A DNA stretch of 64,000 nt from a virus: positions 17,778-81,777 of the IMG/VR virus record IMGVR_UViG_3300032223_001001; one strand, 5' to 3'. This document shows positions 19,691 to 29,900 of the stretch, piece after piece (the first letter of the stretch is position 1; each line of letters starts with the position of its first letter). The notes under the pieces were generated by a model. The model was given only the letters and a program-made list of their open reading frames with translations. It searched no databases and was not told where the DNA came from. The translations under genes and the position numbers were made by a program.

Positions 19691-19742
19691 ATATTAATAA
19701 ATAGTCTAAAGTTTAGTAAAAGTATAAAAATTATGATTTTTT

Positions 19743-20732
19743 TTAATCTTCGTCAGAATCCATTGAAGGTGATTCGGTTAATGTAAAATCTAATCCACCC
19801 ATTTTTTCAACCCAGTAGCTAGCATATTCTTCTTTATACTTATCCAACGCTTCTTTTGTATCTGGAATATAACCATTATGAACCGCAATTAGTTTAGAGT
19901 CCTTGAAACCTAGACCATTTACGTGATTTTTAAGTATAGATACTTTTGTCCTAATAGCAAATGATATTTTTCTTTTATTTTTAGTCGCATCAATATGATT
20001 AATACCCGCCTTTTTTTGGTTTCCAAATAAAAATACTAACGACGCAGCTAACCATATCGCATTACCACCTTTACTTTTTATTTCAGGTTGCCCCATAGGT
20101 GAATCTGGGAGTTCTACCCACGGTTGAGCTATTACAACAAATGTATTATAGTATGGGAAGTCTTCTTTTTTAGACTTTGTAATACGTGAATGTATCCCCA
20201 TCCCTATTTTATCAGCTAAAACCTTAGCATTGTGCATTCCCCCACCTTTACCATCAAAAGTCATCTGGCAGGGGATGGATCCGATTGAGTCCCATAGGAA
20301 TAGTAGGTTATAAGGTATATCCCCTTTTTCTTGAGCGTCAAGGATATCATTTATAAAATCTGTTGCTTGTTCAATATAATCAAACGAGTCATTAAAAATA
20401 AACTGACCATCCCATTCCCCATTTTCATTCTGTTGAGCTTGTAAACCTAACTCAACAGCATGCCGCCAGGACCATTTCTTTTCGGTTATTATAAACACCG
20501 GTAAATGACCTTTTCTTTGAGCATCAGCCGCAGCTAAAACCATCGCAGTCGATTTTCCTGCGTTGCTGTGCCCTAACATCATTGATATCCCCCCCATTAC
20601 AGGACCGGGTATTCCACACGCTTCATGGAATGCTTCACCGCAGTAATAATAGTCTTCCGCTTTATATTTTGTTTTTGTAGAATATTTGGATTTTATCGCA
20701 TCCAATGATATTTCTTTTTTCTTTAATGCCAT
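19743..20732 (-). CDS. recA: RecA/UvsX-like recombinase
   Basis: Walker A GHSNAGKST, WDSIGS, KGGNA, ILKNH. Confidence 0.88.
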   Translation of the reverse strand: MALKKKEISLDAIKSKYSTKTKYKAEDYYYCGEAFHEACGIPGPVMGGISMMLGHSNAGKSTAMVLAAADAQRKGHLPVFIITEKKWSWRHAVELGLQAQQNENGEWDGQFIFNDSFDYIEQATDFINDILDAQEKGDIPYNLLFLWDSIGSIPCQMTFDGKGGGMHNAKVLADKIGMGIHSRITKSKKEDFPYYNTFVVIAQPWVELPDSPMGQPEIKSKGGNAIWLAASLVFLFGNQKKAGINHIDATKNKRKISFAIRTKVSILKNHVNGLGFKDSKLIAVHNGYIPDTKEALDKYKEEYASYWVEKMGGLDFTLTESPSMDSDED

Positions 20733-20813
20733 ATAAATTAAATTAATTGTTTATAGTAATTATCGTTAAATTTGGGTGATAAATCAATGATTCCTTGGTT
20801 TTTCTCAACAAGT

Positions 20814-21044
20814 TTATTGTTGTTTAATAAGGAAGTCCGCGGTAGACACATTTTTTCCGTGAATATACCAAATAACATTTTCAGTATTATCCACTTCACC
20901 AATTTTACAATTATCACACCAAACATCCCTCCACATATTATCTTCAAAACCATAAGTTGTATTAAGGTCTTTTATTAATTTCAATGCTTTTAGATTGAAC
21001 GCAAAAGTACTCGGCATCTTAAAATCACAATTTTCTGGGTTAGC
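20814..21044 (-). pseudogene. C-terminal part of a GT-A glycosyltransferase interrupted by IS607 #2
   Basis: ANPENCDFKMPSTFAF...GFEDNMW...WYIHGKNVS; rejoins in frame with 23298-23726. Confidence 0.85.
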
Positions 21045-21069
21045 CCCGATAAAATAAACTTATTCAAAA

Positions 21070-22617
21070 TTAAACATTTTGTTTTAATTTACTTCTACCC
21101 ACAAAAATGGGCTTCGCTCCTGTCACCAGGTCTTGGCCGTTTCGGTTTGAATCTTTTGAATTCACATTATCCAACTGCCGTTTTTCAATTATTGCTCTAA
21201 CTTTTTTAGGATTCATTTTCAAGATAATTTCGTTATCATGACCACGACCCAAAATCATTTTAGCCGCATTATAACCGGATGGTACACCCTTGTTTGAACA
21301 ATGTTCATTTAAACAATAAAATAGATCATTCTTGCGTTCACCGAAGTGGTCACACGAACAACATACTTGTGATGTATATGCCGGATTTATTTCTTTTTTC
21401 TCAATAGAGTTTACGTTAAATTTGTAGTCCATACGTTCTCGAACCAAACCTTTTGTCCAAGTAGTTAACAATAATTTAACTTTTTTATTATATTTCTTAC
21501 CACCTTTAGATTGAAATGTTAAGTCCTCAATAAAAACCAATGTTGGTTTTTCTTCATCAATAAATTTATTGATTGCTGAATTTGTTATTTTCCTAACTTC
21601 TTCCTTAAGTGAATTTTGTTTTTTATTATATTTCTTTTTTCCTAAATTAAATTTATTTATATTATTAATTTTTTGTTGACAAGTTTTAATTTCTTCAGGA
21701 TTGTTTGAATTTTTTATTGTATTTTTTAATTCTTTAATTAAAACATGGTATGGTTGTCTTTTTTTGTTTTTTTCGGAAAAATGATTAGTATATGTTGTTA
21801 ATATTTTATTTAATCCTTCACCATATGAATTTTCAGATGAAGTGTCCAAGACATTTATAAAGTTTTTATCAACACCAATTTCATTTACATTAAATGTATT
21901 TTCTTTAACTTTAGGTTCAATTGTTTTATGTATTGAAAAAATATTTCTATCTGGATTATATTTAATTATTAAATTTCCTGTAAATCTATCTTTAGTGTTA
22001 ATCTTAATCGGAATTCGTTGACCTTTAACCAGACCCATAATTAAAAGATAATCACCTTTATAACTATACATTTCGTTATCAATCATCATTGACATACTTT
22101 TTTGTCTAGGTATTTCAGATTTTTTATTCCGTATAATTCTAGATAAAAACTTGTTTAGTTTTATTTTATCTAGATCGTCAAACTTCTTATCCAGTCCATT
22201 AACTGGTAAACAATTTAATACTTGATACAATAACGTATCACTTTTTAATATTGTGAATAAATAATGTTTTTCAACATCATTAAAATTTTCATTTTTAGAA
22301 ATTAATGGTCTTATTTTATTTTTAAGATTAGACCAATTAGATTTTATGTTCGGTATAGCACTTTCAATACTATTACGTACAAATCTTCTGTTTATTGACC
22401 AATCATCAATGAAACCCGAATTAGTCCATTCATTTCGAATATATTTTCTTGAATTTTTAATCAATAAAATTGACCCTACACCAGAATATCTAGAAAAGAT
22501 ATAATTCTTAACATTCACACATTTACCCATAATGAACAATAGTTCGTCAAGAAGATTTTTATCCTCAATAACACCATATTGTTTAACGGTTTTTTGATAT
22601 GTTGAATTATTTATCAT
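21070..22617 (-). CDS. tnpB: Long TnpB-like protein (515 aa), RuvC-III Asp apparently absent
   Basis: IGVDKNF, FIEDL, NPAYTSQVCCSC, FYC...C, then SGYNAAKMI instead of xDxNAA. Confidence 0.85.
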   Translation of the reverse strand: MINNSTYQKTVKQYGVIEDKNLLDELLFIMGKCVNVKNYIFSRYSGVGSILLIKNSRKYIRNEWTNSGFIDDWSINRRFVRNSIESAIPNIKSNWSNLKNKIRPLISKNENFNDVEKHYLFTILKSDTLLYQVLNCLPVNGLDKKFDDLDKIKLNKFLSRIIRNKKSEIPRQKSMSMMIDNEMYSYKGDYLLIMGLVKGQRIPIKINTKDRFTGNLIIKYNPDRNIFSIHKTIEPKVKENTFNVNEIGVDKNFINVLDTSSENSYGEGLNKILTTYTNHFSEKNKKRQPYHVLIKELKNTIKNSNNPEEIKTCQQKINNINKFNLGKKKYNKKQNSLKEEVRKITNSAINKFIDEEKPTLVFIEDLTFQSKGGKKYNKKVKLLLTTWTKGLVRERMDYKFNVNSIEKKEINPAYTSQVCCSCDHFGERKNDLFYCLNEHCSNKGVPSGYNAAKMILGRGHDNEIILKMNPKKVRAIIEKRQLDNVNSKDSNRNGQDLVTGAKPIFVGRSKLKQNV

Positions 22618-23209
22618 CTAATATCTGTTTAATTTTATCAATTGAATTTTTATTTTGATGACTTCTACTACCATATAATTTTGATGAAAACACAGTGATA
22701 ATTTCAACAACATCATTCACAAATTCAGATTGACTATCTAAATGATGGTTATCGTTAATTATTTCAATTTCAACATTCTTCAATTCACACAAAAAATAAA
22801 TTAATTCATAACCAAAACGAATTAAACGATCTCTATTAGTTAACACAATTCGTTCAACTTCATTATTATCAATCATTTTGATTAATTCTAACAAACCTTT
22901 TTTCTTGTAGTTAATGCCAGATCCAAAATCTTGGATTAATGTGAAATTATATCCTTTAGACGAACAATAAAGACTTAACATTTCAACTTGTCGTTCCAAG
23001 TCTTTATTCTGTCCTCGAGTACTAACTCTAGCGTACGCTATTGTTTTTCTTGTGTTGGTTTGATTTAAGTTTTTTATGAATTGATTTTCATCATATCGTC
23101 TATGACCACCTTCGGTTCTAAAAGAAGTTATTTTTCCTTCACGTTCCCATCTACGCAGTGTACCTGCGGCAATATTTAATTTTTTTGATAATTGTGAAAT
23201 CGTTAACAT
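22607..23209 (-). CDS. tnpA: IS607 TnpA serine recombinase
   Basis: TLRRWE..G..RTEGGHRRY, YARVST, DFGSG, DRLIRFG, FSSKLYG. Confidence 0.95.
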   Translation of the reverse strand: MLTISQLSKKLNIAAGTLRRWEREGKITSFRTEGGHRRYDENQFIKNLNQTNTRKTIAYARVSTRGQNKDLERQVEMLSLYCSSKGYNFTLIQDFGSGINYKKKGLLELIKMIDNNEVERIVLTNRDRLIRFGYELIYFLCELKNVEIEIINDNHHLDSQSEFVNDVVEIITVFSSKLYGSRSHQNKNSIDKIKQILDDK

Positions 23210-23297
23210 ATTATAACTTCTTTATTATAAATATAACTAAAGTTTAGAAAAGTTCAAGTTTATCTAAAAAAAATTAATTTTTTATTGACTGTTTAAA

Positions 23298-23726
23298 CCC
23301 CAAATTATTATAATCACCGGTTCTAAATAAATTACCATTAAGTTGATATTTCATTTTTGATGAAATCACATCAACATCATTTTCTTCAAAATATTTAACG
23401 ATGGTCATTATATAATCCTTTTTATATATTTCATCATCATCAATCTTGACAAAAATGTCATATTCATCATAATTATTAACCGCAAAAATAGCGTTCATAT
23501 GATTATTATGTTGGTGTTGGTTAGGTGTAAATATTACTGAATTCTTATCACTTTTTAAGTCATCAAAAATTTTAACCATATCAATTTCTCTATTCACAAC
23601 TTGATTAATTGTTATATTAACCGAATGAAATATATTTTGGTATGTTTGATTTGTTATATCTTGTATACAACTTCTTAACATTTTTAATCTACCCAAGCTT
23701 GGTGTAAAACATAATATTTTTTTCAT
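23298..23726 (-). pseudogene. N-terminal part of a GT-A (family 2-like) glycosyltransferase
   Basis: FTPS.GR..ML...I..QTY, KIDDDEIY (DxD); the last 7 aa of the called ORF come from the IS end. Confidence 0.85.
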
Positions 23727-23740
23727 TTTCTATTAAAAAT

Positions 23741-23776
23741 AAAAAAAGGGTAGTGATTGTAAATAACCACTACCCT
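23741..23776 (-). terminator. Terminator after SSB
   Basis: agggtagtg...cactaccct stem plus T-run on minus strand. Confidence 0.65.
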
Positions 23777-23800
23777 CTATAAGGGTCTTTTTTTTAATTG

Positions 23801-24664
23801 TTAGAATGGAAGATCTTCATCTACCTCAGCGTTTGCTTGAGGGTCTTCGTATGTAGTTGTAGTTTGAGTTTTTGTTCCACCTATTACCACTTCACCTTCT
23901 GTTGAGTCACCATATACCATTTTACCTAATGCTGAATCCCATCTTGGAGTTTCACCTCTAGCGATAGCTTCAAGGTATTCAACTGGTTTTTTGGAGTATA
24001 CGTCTCTCCACGTTGTGGTATCTGTTGCCCAGGTTGTTGCTTGTTCTTTATCATCATGTAAAGGTGCTGGGTCTTCGTACATTACTGTTTGAATAATTGT
24101 ATATTCACTTCCTTTTGGTGATTTCGCCATTGCTAGTTCAAGGATAATATCTCTACCATTGTCTGGGTTTGTGATATCACCTTTAGATCTAAATAAAGGA
24201 ATGATTTTATCCAATACACCTTCATTTTTGTAGTTGTGTTTGAATCTCCAGAATTTTGGACCATCTTGTTCATTATCTCTATCGATAACTTTAACAACAT
24301 AAAATTTTCTTGTTCTATATTGGTCCGCTAATTTCTTGTCAGATTCTTTACCAGTTGATCTTAAGTCATCATATACTTCTGTTAATGGTGAACGTTCTCC
24401 ATCATTTTTGTCTGGGTCATAGAATTTTGTTGTTTTTCCATCGATATATATTTCGTGGAACCACGCTTCTTTGAATGGTGAAGATCCGTCATCTGTTGGA
24501 AGGATTCTCAATCTTCGTTGTCCTTGTTTTTCACCTTTTGGTAATACTGCCGCGAAATATCGCTTTAGTCTGTCCTCCTGACTAATTTTAGGAGTTGATG
24601 AATTTTTTTGTTGTGCTTGCTCGTATTGGTTTAATACTGCATCTAATACATTGTTCGTCGCCAT
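23801..24664 (-). CDS. Single-stranded DNA-binding protein (T4 gp32-like)
   Basis: RLRILP...PF...WFH, VIDRD...GPKFWRF, GDIT.PD.GRD, acidic tail DEDLPF. Confidence 0.85.
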   Translation of the reverse strand: MATNNVLDAVLNQYEQAQQKNSSTPKISQEDRLKRYFAAVLPKGEKQGQRRLRILPTDDGSSPFKEAWFHEIYIDGKTTKFYDPDKNDGERSPLTEVYDDLRSTGKESDKKLADQYRTRKFYVVKVIDRDNEQDGPKFWRFKHNYKNEGVLDKIIPLFRSKGDITNPDNGRDIILELAMAKSPKGSEYTIIQTVMYEDPAPLHDDKEQATTWATDTTTWRDVYSKKPVEYLEAIARGETPRWDSALGKMVYGDSTEGEVVIGGTKTQTTTTYEDPQANAEVDEDLPF

Positions 24665-24694
24665 TTTGTGTATAAATTAAATTGTTATAAGTTA

Positions 24695-24723
24695 AGTATA
24701 GGTTCAAAATATTTAATTGTCAA
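24695..24723 (-). promoter_or_regulatory. Sigma70-like promoter upstream of SSB
   Basis: TTGACA-N17-TATACT on minus strand. Confidence 0.7.
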
Positions 24724-24740
24724 ATAAAATCTTAAAATAA

Positions 24741-24766
24741 AAATGGGATCATTTCTAATCCCATTT
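24741..24766 (-). terminator. Terminator
   Basis: aaatggga...tcccattt stem. Confidence 0.55.
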
Positions 24767-24792
24767 CGTGAAATTTCATTTCCACCTTTTCC

Positions 24793-25437
24793 TTATATTT
24801 TTGTAAAACCAGATTTGTCTTTATTTTCGTCGTCGTAGTTTCTGAATGATTTTTTAATTTCGTGTGGTGAAAAATCTTCCACTTCATCTTTTGTTAAAAT
24901 ATATTCATCTTTTCCTTGTTGTTCAAACTTATCTTGATTGTCACTAAAGAAGTCGGATAGTTTTTGACTATATGGTCCTGAATCCAATGATCTTAATTGA
25001 AGTTTTTCTTCTGGTGATTTTTCTCTATATTTTTCAAGTTTTGCTTCAAGATCGTTTAATTTATTAACGATTGTATCCATATCACCCAATCTGTTTTCAA
25101 GATCTGTTAAATGACTAAATAATTGTTGGAAATATTCTTCTTGTTTTTCTTCAACATTCTTTTGTGATTTCACTAAGTCCGTTATTTCCAATTCTTCTTT
25201 TTTTGATTCTTCTTCACCAACTTTTTCAACTTCCGGATCTTGTGCTACATCCACTGGTTGTGGTGCTGGTGGAGTTGTTGGTGCAACTTCTGGTTGTGGC
25301 ATTGCATCCATTGGTGGTAGCTCCGCCATTGGGTCTTCCGCTGGTGGTGGTGGTAATTGAGCTTCTTGTTCCATAACATATTGATTAATGGAGTTGAATC
25401 TCGCAACTTCTTCTAATATTTTTCTATCGATTCCCAT
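24793..25437 (-). CDS. Acidic, Pro-rich coiled-coil protein (possible head scaffold/internal protein)
   Basis: 214 aa, ILEE...VMEQ leader, Pro-rich linker, coiled coil. Confidence 0.6.
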   Translation of the reverse strand: MGIDRKILEEVARFNSINQYVMEQEAQLPPPPAEDPMAELPPMDAMPQPEVAPTTPPAPQPVDVAQDPEVEKVGEEESKKEELEITDLVKSQKNVEEKQEEYFQQLFSHLTDLENRLGDMDTIVNKLNDLEAKLEKYREKSPEEKLQLRSLDSGPYSQKLSDFFSDNQDKFEQQGKDEYILTKDEVEDFSPHEIKKSFRNYDDENKDKSGFTKI

Positions 25438-25438
25438 A

Positions 25439-25663
25439 TTATCCGTTTAATAATTGTTTAACTCCTGTATTTGTTTCAACCTGAATTCGTTTATTTGTGT
25501 TGATTGTATTATCAACTCGTTCAATTAATCCGTCTCGCATTCTTATTGTATAACAACTTCCTGTGTCTAGATCACAAACTTCCTTGAGTCCATTTCCTGC
25601 GTCTTTTTCTGAGTATCTTGTTGGTTTTCCAAGATAATTCTCTAATATCGTTTTTGTATTCAT
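25439..25663 (-). CDS. Hypothetical protein
   Basis: 74 aa, EVCDLDTGSCYTI; TATTTAT motif upstream. Confidence 0.7.
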   Translation of the reverse strand: MNTKTILENYLGKPTRYSEKDAGNGLKEVCDLDTGSCYTIRMRDGLIERVDNTINTNKRIQVETNTGVKQLLNG

Positions 25664-25721
25664 AATAATCCCTTTATATATATATAAATATATGATATAA
25701 TGAAAAAAATCAATGTAAAAT

Positions 25722-25752
25722 AAAAACCCCCCATTTTATTATGGAGGGTTTG
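25722..25752 (-). terminator. Terminator (near-identical copy at 62408-62441)
   Basis: aaacccccca ttttatta tggagggttt hairpin. Confidence 0.65.
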
Positions 25753-25769
25753 AATTGTTTTTTTAATTT

Positions 25770-25988
25770 TTATAGTGGTAATTCACTTACAACTGGGTTG
25801 TAAGGTATAAGTGGTAATTCGTGGATCCACTCAACCATACCTTGGTGTGTGCATCCGTTTACTTCCTCTACGGAAATAAACCAGCTTCCGTCAGCGTCTT
25901 GAGTTGGGTTGAAATATTGAACTCCGTCCCATGTTTGACCTACCAATAGGTCTTTTTGTTCGATTGTTAATTTGTATACGTTTTCCAT
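25770..25988 (-). CDS. Small hypothetical partner of 26010-26837
   Basis: 72 aa YFNPTQDADGSWFISVEEV. Confidence 0.7.
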   Translation of the reverse strand: MENVYKLTIEQKDLLVGQTWDGVQYFNPTQDADGSWFISVEEVNGCTHQGMVEWIHELPLIPYNPVVSELPL

Positions 25989-26009
25989 GTGTTGTTTAAT
26001 GAGTTAAGG

Positions 26010-26837
26010 TTATACGTTACGACCTAATGCAACTTGATATTTTTGTACTGCTGTGTAGAAGTTAGCTGCTTCAGTGTCTGTTAAACCGTCTCCAATTGAA
26101 GCGAATGCTGATTCATTACCTGAGTTAGATCCAGCACTATATCCTAATAATGTAACAGGAGCAAGGGGGAGGGAATTAGTATCCAGTGTAGTATTAGTAG
26201 CAATGGAACTGCCGTTTCGATACAATTTTCTTAATGTGGATGATGTTTCACTACCAATAAAGAAACCTGAAAGTGTGTTTGATGCTAATGCATTAACTGC
26301 ATCACTTCCCGCAGAGAAATATGTTGATCCGCCACCAGTTTTATTATTTGTTCTTAATGCTAACCATGATGTTCCAGAACCATATGAATAATCAACTAAT
26401 ATTTCGGCTGAATATGCAATTAGTGGGGAAGCAGTTCTTGAATAGAACGATACGTGGAGGTTTGAATTAGTTAAATTGGTTTGAGCATATAAATTAGTAT
26501 TTGCCCAGGCATTACTTGCATTACCAGCATATCCAGTTGGTGAATGAACACCACCACCATTATATGACAATCTGAATGCTTCATTCAAATCGCGTGGGTC
26601 TTTAAGGTTGAATTTGTGTTGTGCCGCAGTTCCACCCACGAATGGATATAGAGCTTTCATTTTAGTCCATATACCGTAACCTTTAAGGTCGGTTACCAGG
26701 GTATTGATTGCGTTTTGTTGGGTTGTGTTGGTGATTGCCGCAGCAGTGATGAACGCTTGAGCATCCGCATCAACACCCCCACCACTTGGGGTTTTAAAGC
26801 CAACTCTTCCTTGGCCTAGATTGTTAAAATAAGTCAT
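26010..26837 (-). CDS. ConA/LamG-like beta-sandwich protein (likely virion decoration/fibre)
   Basis: DADAQAFITAA...KALYPFVGG...KLYRNG...FASIGDGLT; Gly/Ser/Thr/Asn-rich. Confidence 0.6.
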   Translation of the reverse strand: MTYFNNLGQGRVGFKTPSGGGVDADAQAFITAAAITNTTQQNAINTLVTDLKGYGIWTKMKALYPFVGGTAAQHKFNLKDPRDLNEAFRLSYNGGGVHSPTGYAGNASNAWANTNLYAQTNLTNSNLHVSFYSRTASPLIAYSAEILVDYSYGSGTSWLALRTNNKTGGGSTYFSAGSDAVNALASNTLSGFFIGSETSSTLRKLYRNGSSIATNTTLDTNSLPLAPVTLLGYSAGSNSGNESAFASIGDGLTDTEAANFYTAVQKYQVALGRNV

Positions 26838-26872
26838 AAATTATTTTTTATATATAAATATTTGGATAAACA

Positions 26873-26898
26873 AAAAAATCCACCATTTGGGTGGATTA
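26873..26898 (-). terminator. Terminator
   Basis: aatccacc atttg ggtggatt with T-run. Confidence 0.6.
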
Positions 26899-26904
26899 TT
26901 TTTA

Positions 26905-29900
26905 TTAATTAAATGAATTAAATACAGTTATTGCGTTCTTAACCTTTTTCTCCATATTTTCCAGGGATGTTTTATCTAACGAAGAATAAACATTTGGATT
27001 TTGTTGTTGTGATGAAATATTTTGAATTAGGAATTGTGTTATTGATTTTTCATCTACTGTAATACCCCCCATTCTACTTTTCCATCTATTAATTAAAAAA
27101 CGAACATGACTTGATAGGTCTTTAAACTCGGCGTATGGTAGTGTTATTTTGTTTGAGGATAGACAGAAGAATTGTTCATATATTAGTGTTTGTATTGACG
27201 CACCCCAATATCCGTTTAGATCTATTCCCGCGAAATTATTTTCATATGCTTTAAGTCTTGTTCCGTCGTTTGATTCGGCGAACATGGCCGCAAATAGCAC
27301 ATATTTTAATTTCCCATCATCTGTTGGTAGGTTTTCCAGTATGGCAGTTTTGACTTGTTTATATGTCACAAAATATTCCGTTGGTGTTGTATTGATTGGA
27401 TATTTTTCATATGCCTTGTTTGGTGTACAATTTGTGGATATTGTTTTTTGTCCATCAATTTTATCCGTTGTTTTGTCTTTTTGGGATATTAGATTTCCTT
27501 GTTCGTCTTTTGTTTGTTTTTCTTCTTCAATTTTGTCTTGTTTATTTTTATCAATAATATGTTGCAATAAATTTGTTTTTATTACGGCCAAGAAATCATC
27601 TTGTTTTGAAATTTGTGCTGTTGGTTGTCTAACCCCCTCGAATATTGTTTCGAATGTTCCTGGTTTAATGGAGTGTGTTACTTTTGTTATCATGTATGGT
27701 CCATTATACATTGGAACGTGTCTTAAGTTGAAGTACATGGCCGGTTGTATCATGGCGTTCCCCATCATGGATACGGTACATGTATAACTTCTAACTTTAT
27801 ATAAATTATATAGGGATACGCTTTGACTAACCCCTTTTACGTTGTGGTAGTTATTTGCTAGTTCGGTTAATAATTGTAATGATTCCGCTGTTGGTGTATG
27901 ATTATCTTGACTAACCATGAAACTTGTGAACATGGATTGATTTTGTGGTCCAATATCGATATTAAACCCCGCAACCTTGTTTGACTTATCATGATCCTTT
28001 TTATTTGTTTGATCTTCGGATAATACATTCCCACATTTTAGTTCAAACGAATCATCATTTCGTTGTGTTAGGTCGGTATCCATGGCAAGTTGTTCACTGG
28101 ATTTTCCGGCATACATACACACCATTTTTGTGGATGATTCCCTGGTATCCACATTTAAGAATGTTCCGAACATGTTGTTGGCAAAATCCCCGCTGGCTTC
28201 AGGTTTTGGTATTGCATTTTTCATGACCGTTTGTACATTATAAAAATTAACATATGCCGGAACATACATCACCTTAAAGTGGTTGGATGTTATTATTCCA
28301 TGAACAAGGTCAATCATCGATCTTTTTGCGTTAACTTCATTGGTGATTAACATCGCTTCCTTAAGTTTGTATATATCAACAATCACTTTATTTCCAATAT
28401 CCCTGCTCGCTCTATCAATAAACATAACGTCTTCAAACAGTGTTCTGGTTTTAAGATCCGCTCCGGCAATCCATTTATCATTTATTGCCTTAAAAGATGA
28501 CCATAAATCCCTTTTTATAAAACCACCTGAAGCTAGTTCGGTGGATATTGTTATCGGTGTATCATTAACATCGGGTAACTCCTTTTGAAGTTTTATCATC
28601 AAACTATTGATGATTTTATCTTGAAATAAATCGTTTTTGGTTAAATAATCTTCCATTAATTGAATGAACTTAAGATTATTCAACGTATTATCTTTTAATT
28701 TTTGTGTTGCGTAAATTTTAATTAATGGTGTGAATGTTTTAATATTTGGTACATTAAACTCAACATTATTATCAATAAAGAAATCGGTAATATATGAACC
28801 ATTATCCGCATATTTCAACCCATCAATTTCCGAAAACCCAACATATGTTTTAAGTGTTGACCATTCTAAAGGATAGTTTGTTTGTGATGTTACTAATGTT
28901 ATTGACCCCCCATTATATGGTAGGGCGTTTGGTGACGCTGCGGTATATGGTGTCCATTGATAACCATCTATTATTTCATGTTGTGAAAAAGTGTAAAACA
29001 ATTTTTTATTAAAACTGGAAGGATTTCCATACTTAAAGTATACGTCTTTATATATAAAATCGTTTAAAACCGCATTTAATGTTTGTAGTTGTCGTTGTTG
29101 AATTAAGGTTATTAATTCATTTGTTGTCGCCCCCGTTGTTTTTTGAATTTTCATTATATCCAACATAAGCATTTGGAAGTTAACAAAACTTTTTTCATTT
29201 TCTTTTGGGGTAAACACCGCTCCGGTATCATAATCATAAATTGATTTTGAGAAGTTAAGGAATTCATTCTCAAACATATCCAAAATTTCTTTATTGAATA
29301 CCGTCAATATTTCGGAAATATCCGAATACGTATTTGTCCCATTAAAGGAGAAATTTTCTTGATTGGAAGATTTCGGATTAATGGTTTTTATATATTGTTG
29401 AGGTGTTGGTCTTGTGATTCTTGTATTATCAAAATATCCATAATTTGGTGCTGACCAAAACATCCTAACCGATCCATTATATATGGAATCATTGTTTAAC
29501 ACCTCCGTTGTTAAATTATTTGCTGAATTAAAACATTCATATTCCGTTTGATTGATAAATGATCCTTCGGATGGAAATATATATGTATTTAAGTCGTCTT
29601 GAGAATTGACACTAATAGTCCAGGGGATAATTCTAATATCCCTATTCCCATTATTTGGATCAACTCCTTTACCTTTATTAATTATTGCTTCAGAAATATA
29701 GTTCATCGTCAAACCTGACGCGAACCCCTTGTTTATTTCCGTTGAAGTATAATTTTGGAATAGTTCATATCCTTGATAGAATACATTAAAATCATTTATT
29801 AATTTTGGGTAAAATCCGGTGTTAATTAATGTTGAAGTATCCGTACCTATTGTAGTATTTTTTTCAAGTACAATATCTACATTACCCCCATTTATATTAA

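Larger units (their letters stand above)
21047..23297 (-). mobile_element. IS607-family element #2
   Basis: tnpA+tnpB flanked by G-runs on the minus strand (CCCC at 21044-47 and 23298-301), the GG-type target typical of IS607. Confidence 0.92.

Noticed and set aside
20738-20978. Small ORFs 20738-20953(-) and 20772-20978(+)
   Set aside because: Alternate-frame/antisense shadows of the glycosyltransferase C-terminal fragment
21070-22617. 515-aa RuvC protein as a Cas12 CRISPR effector
   Set aside because: Coupled to IS607 tnpA, bounded by IS junctions, no array
17300-23297. IS607 elements as IStrons (group I intron hybrids)
   Set aside because: Only ~90-100 bp between left end and tnpA, too short for a group I ribozyme core
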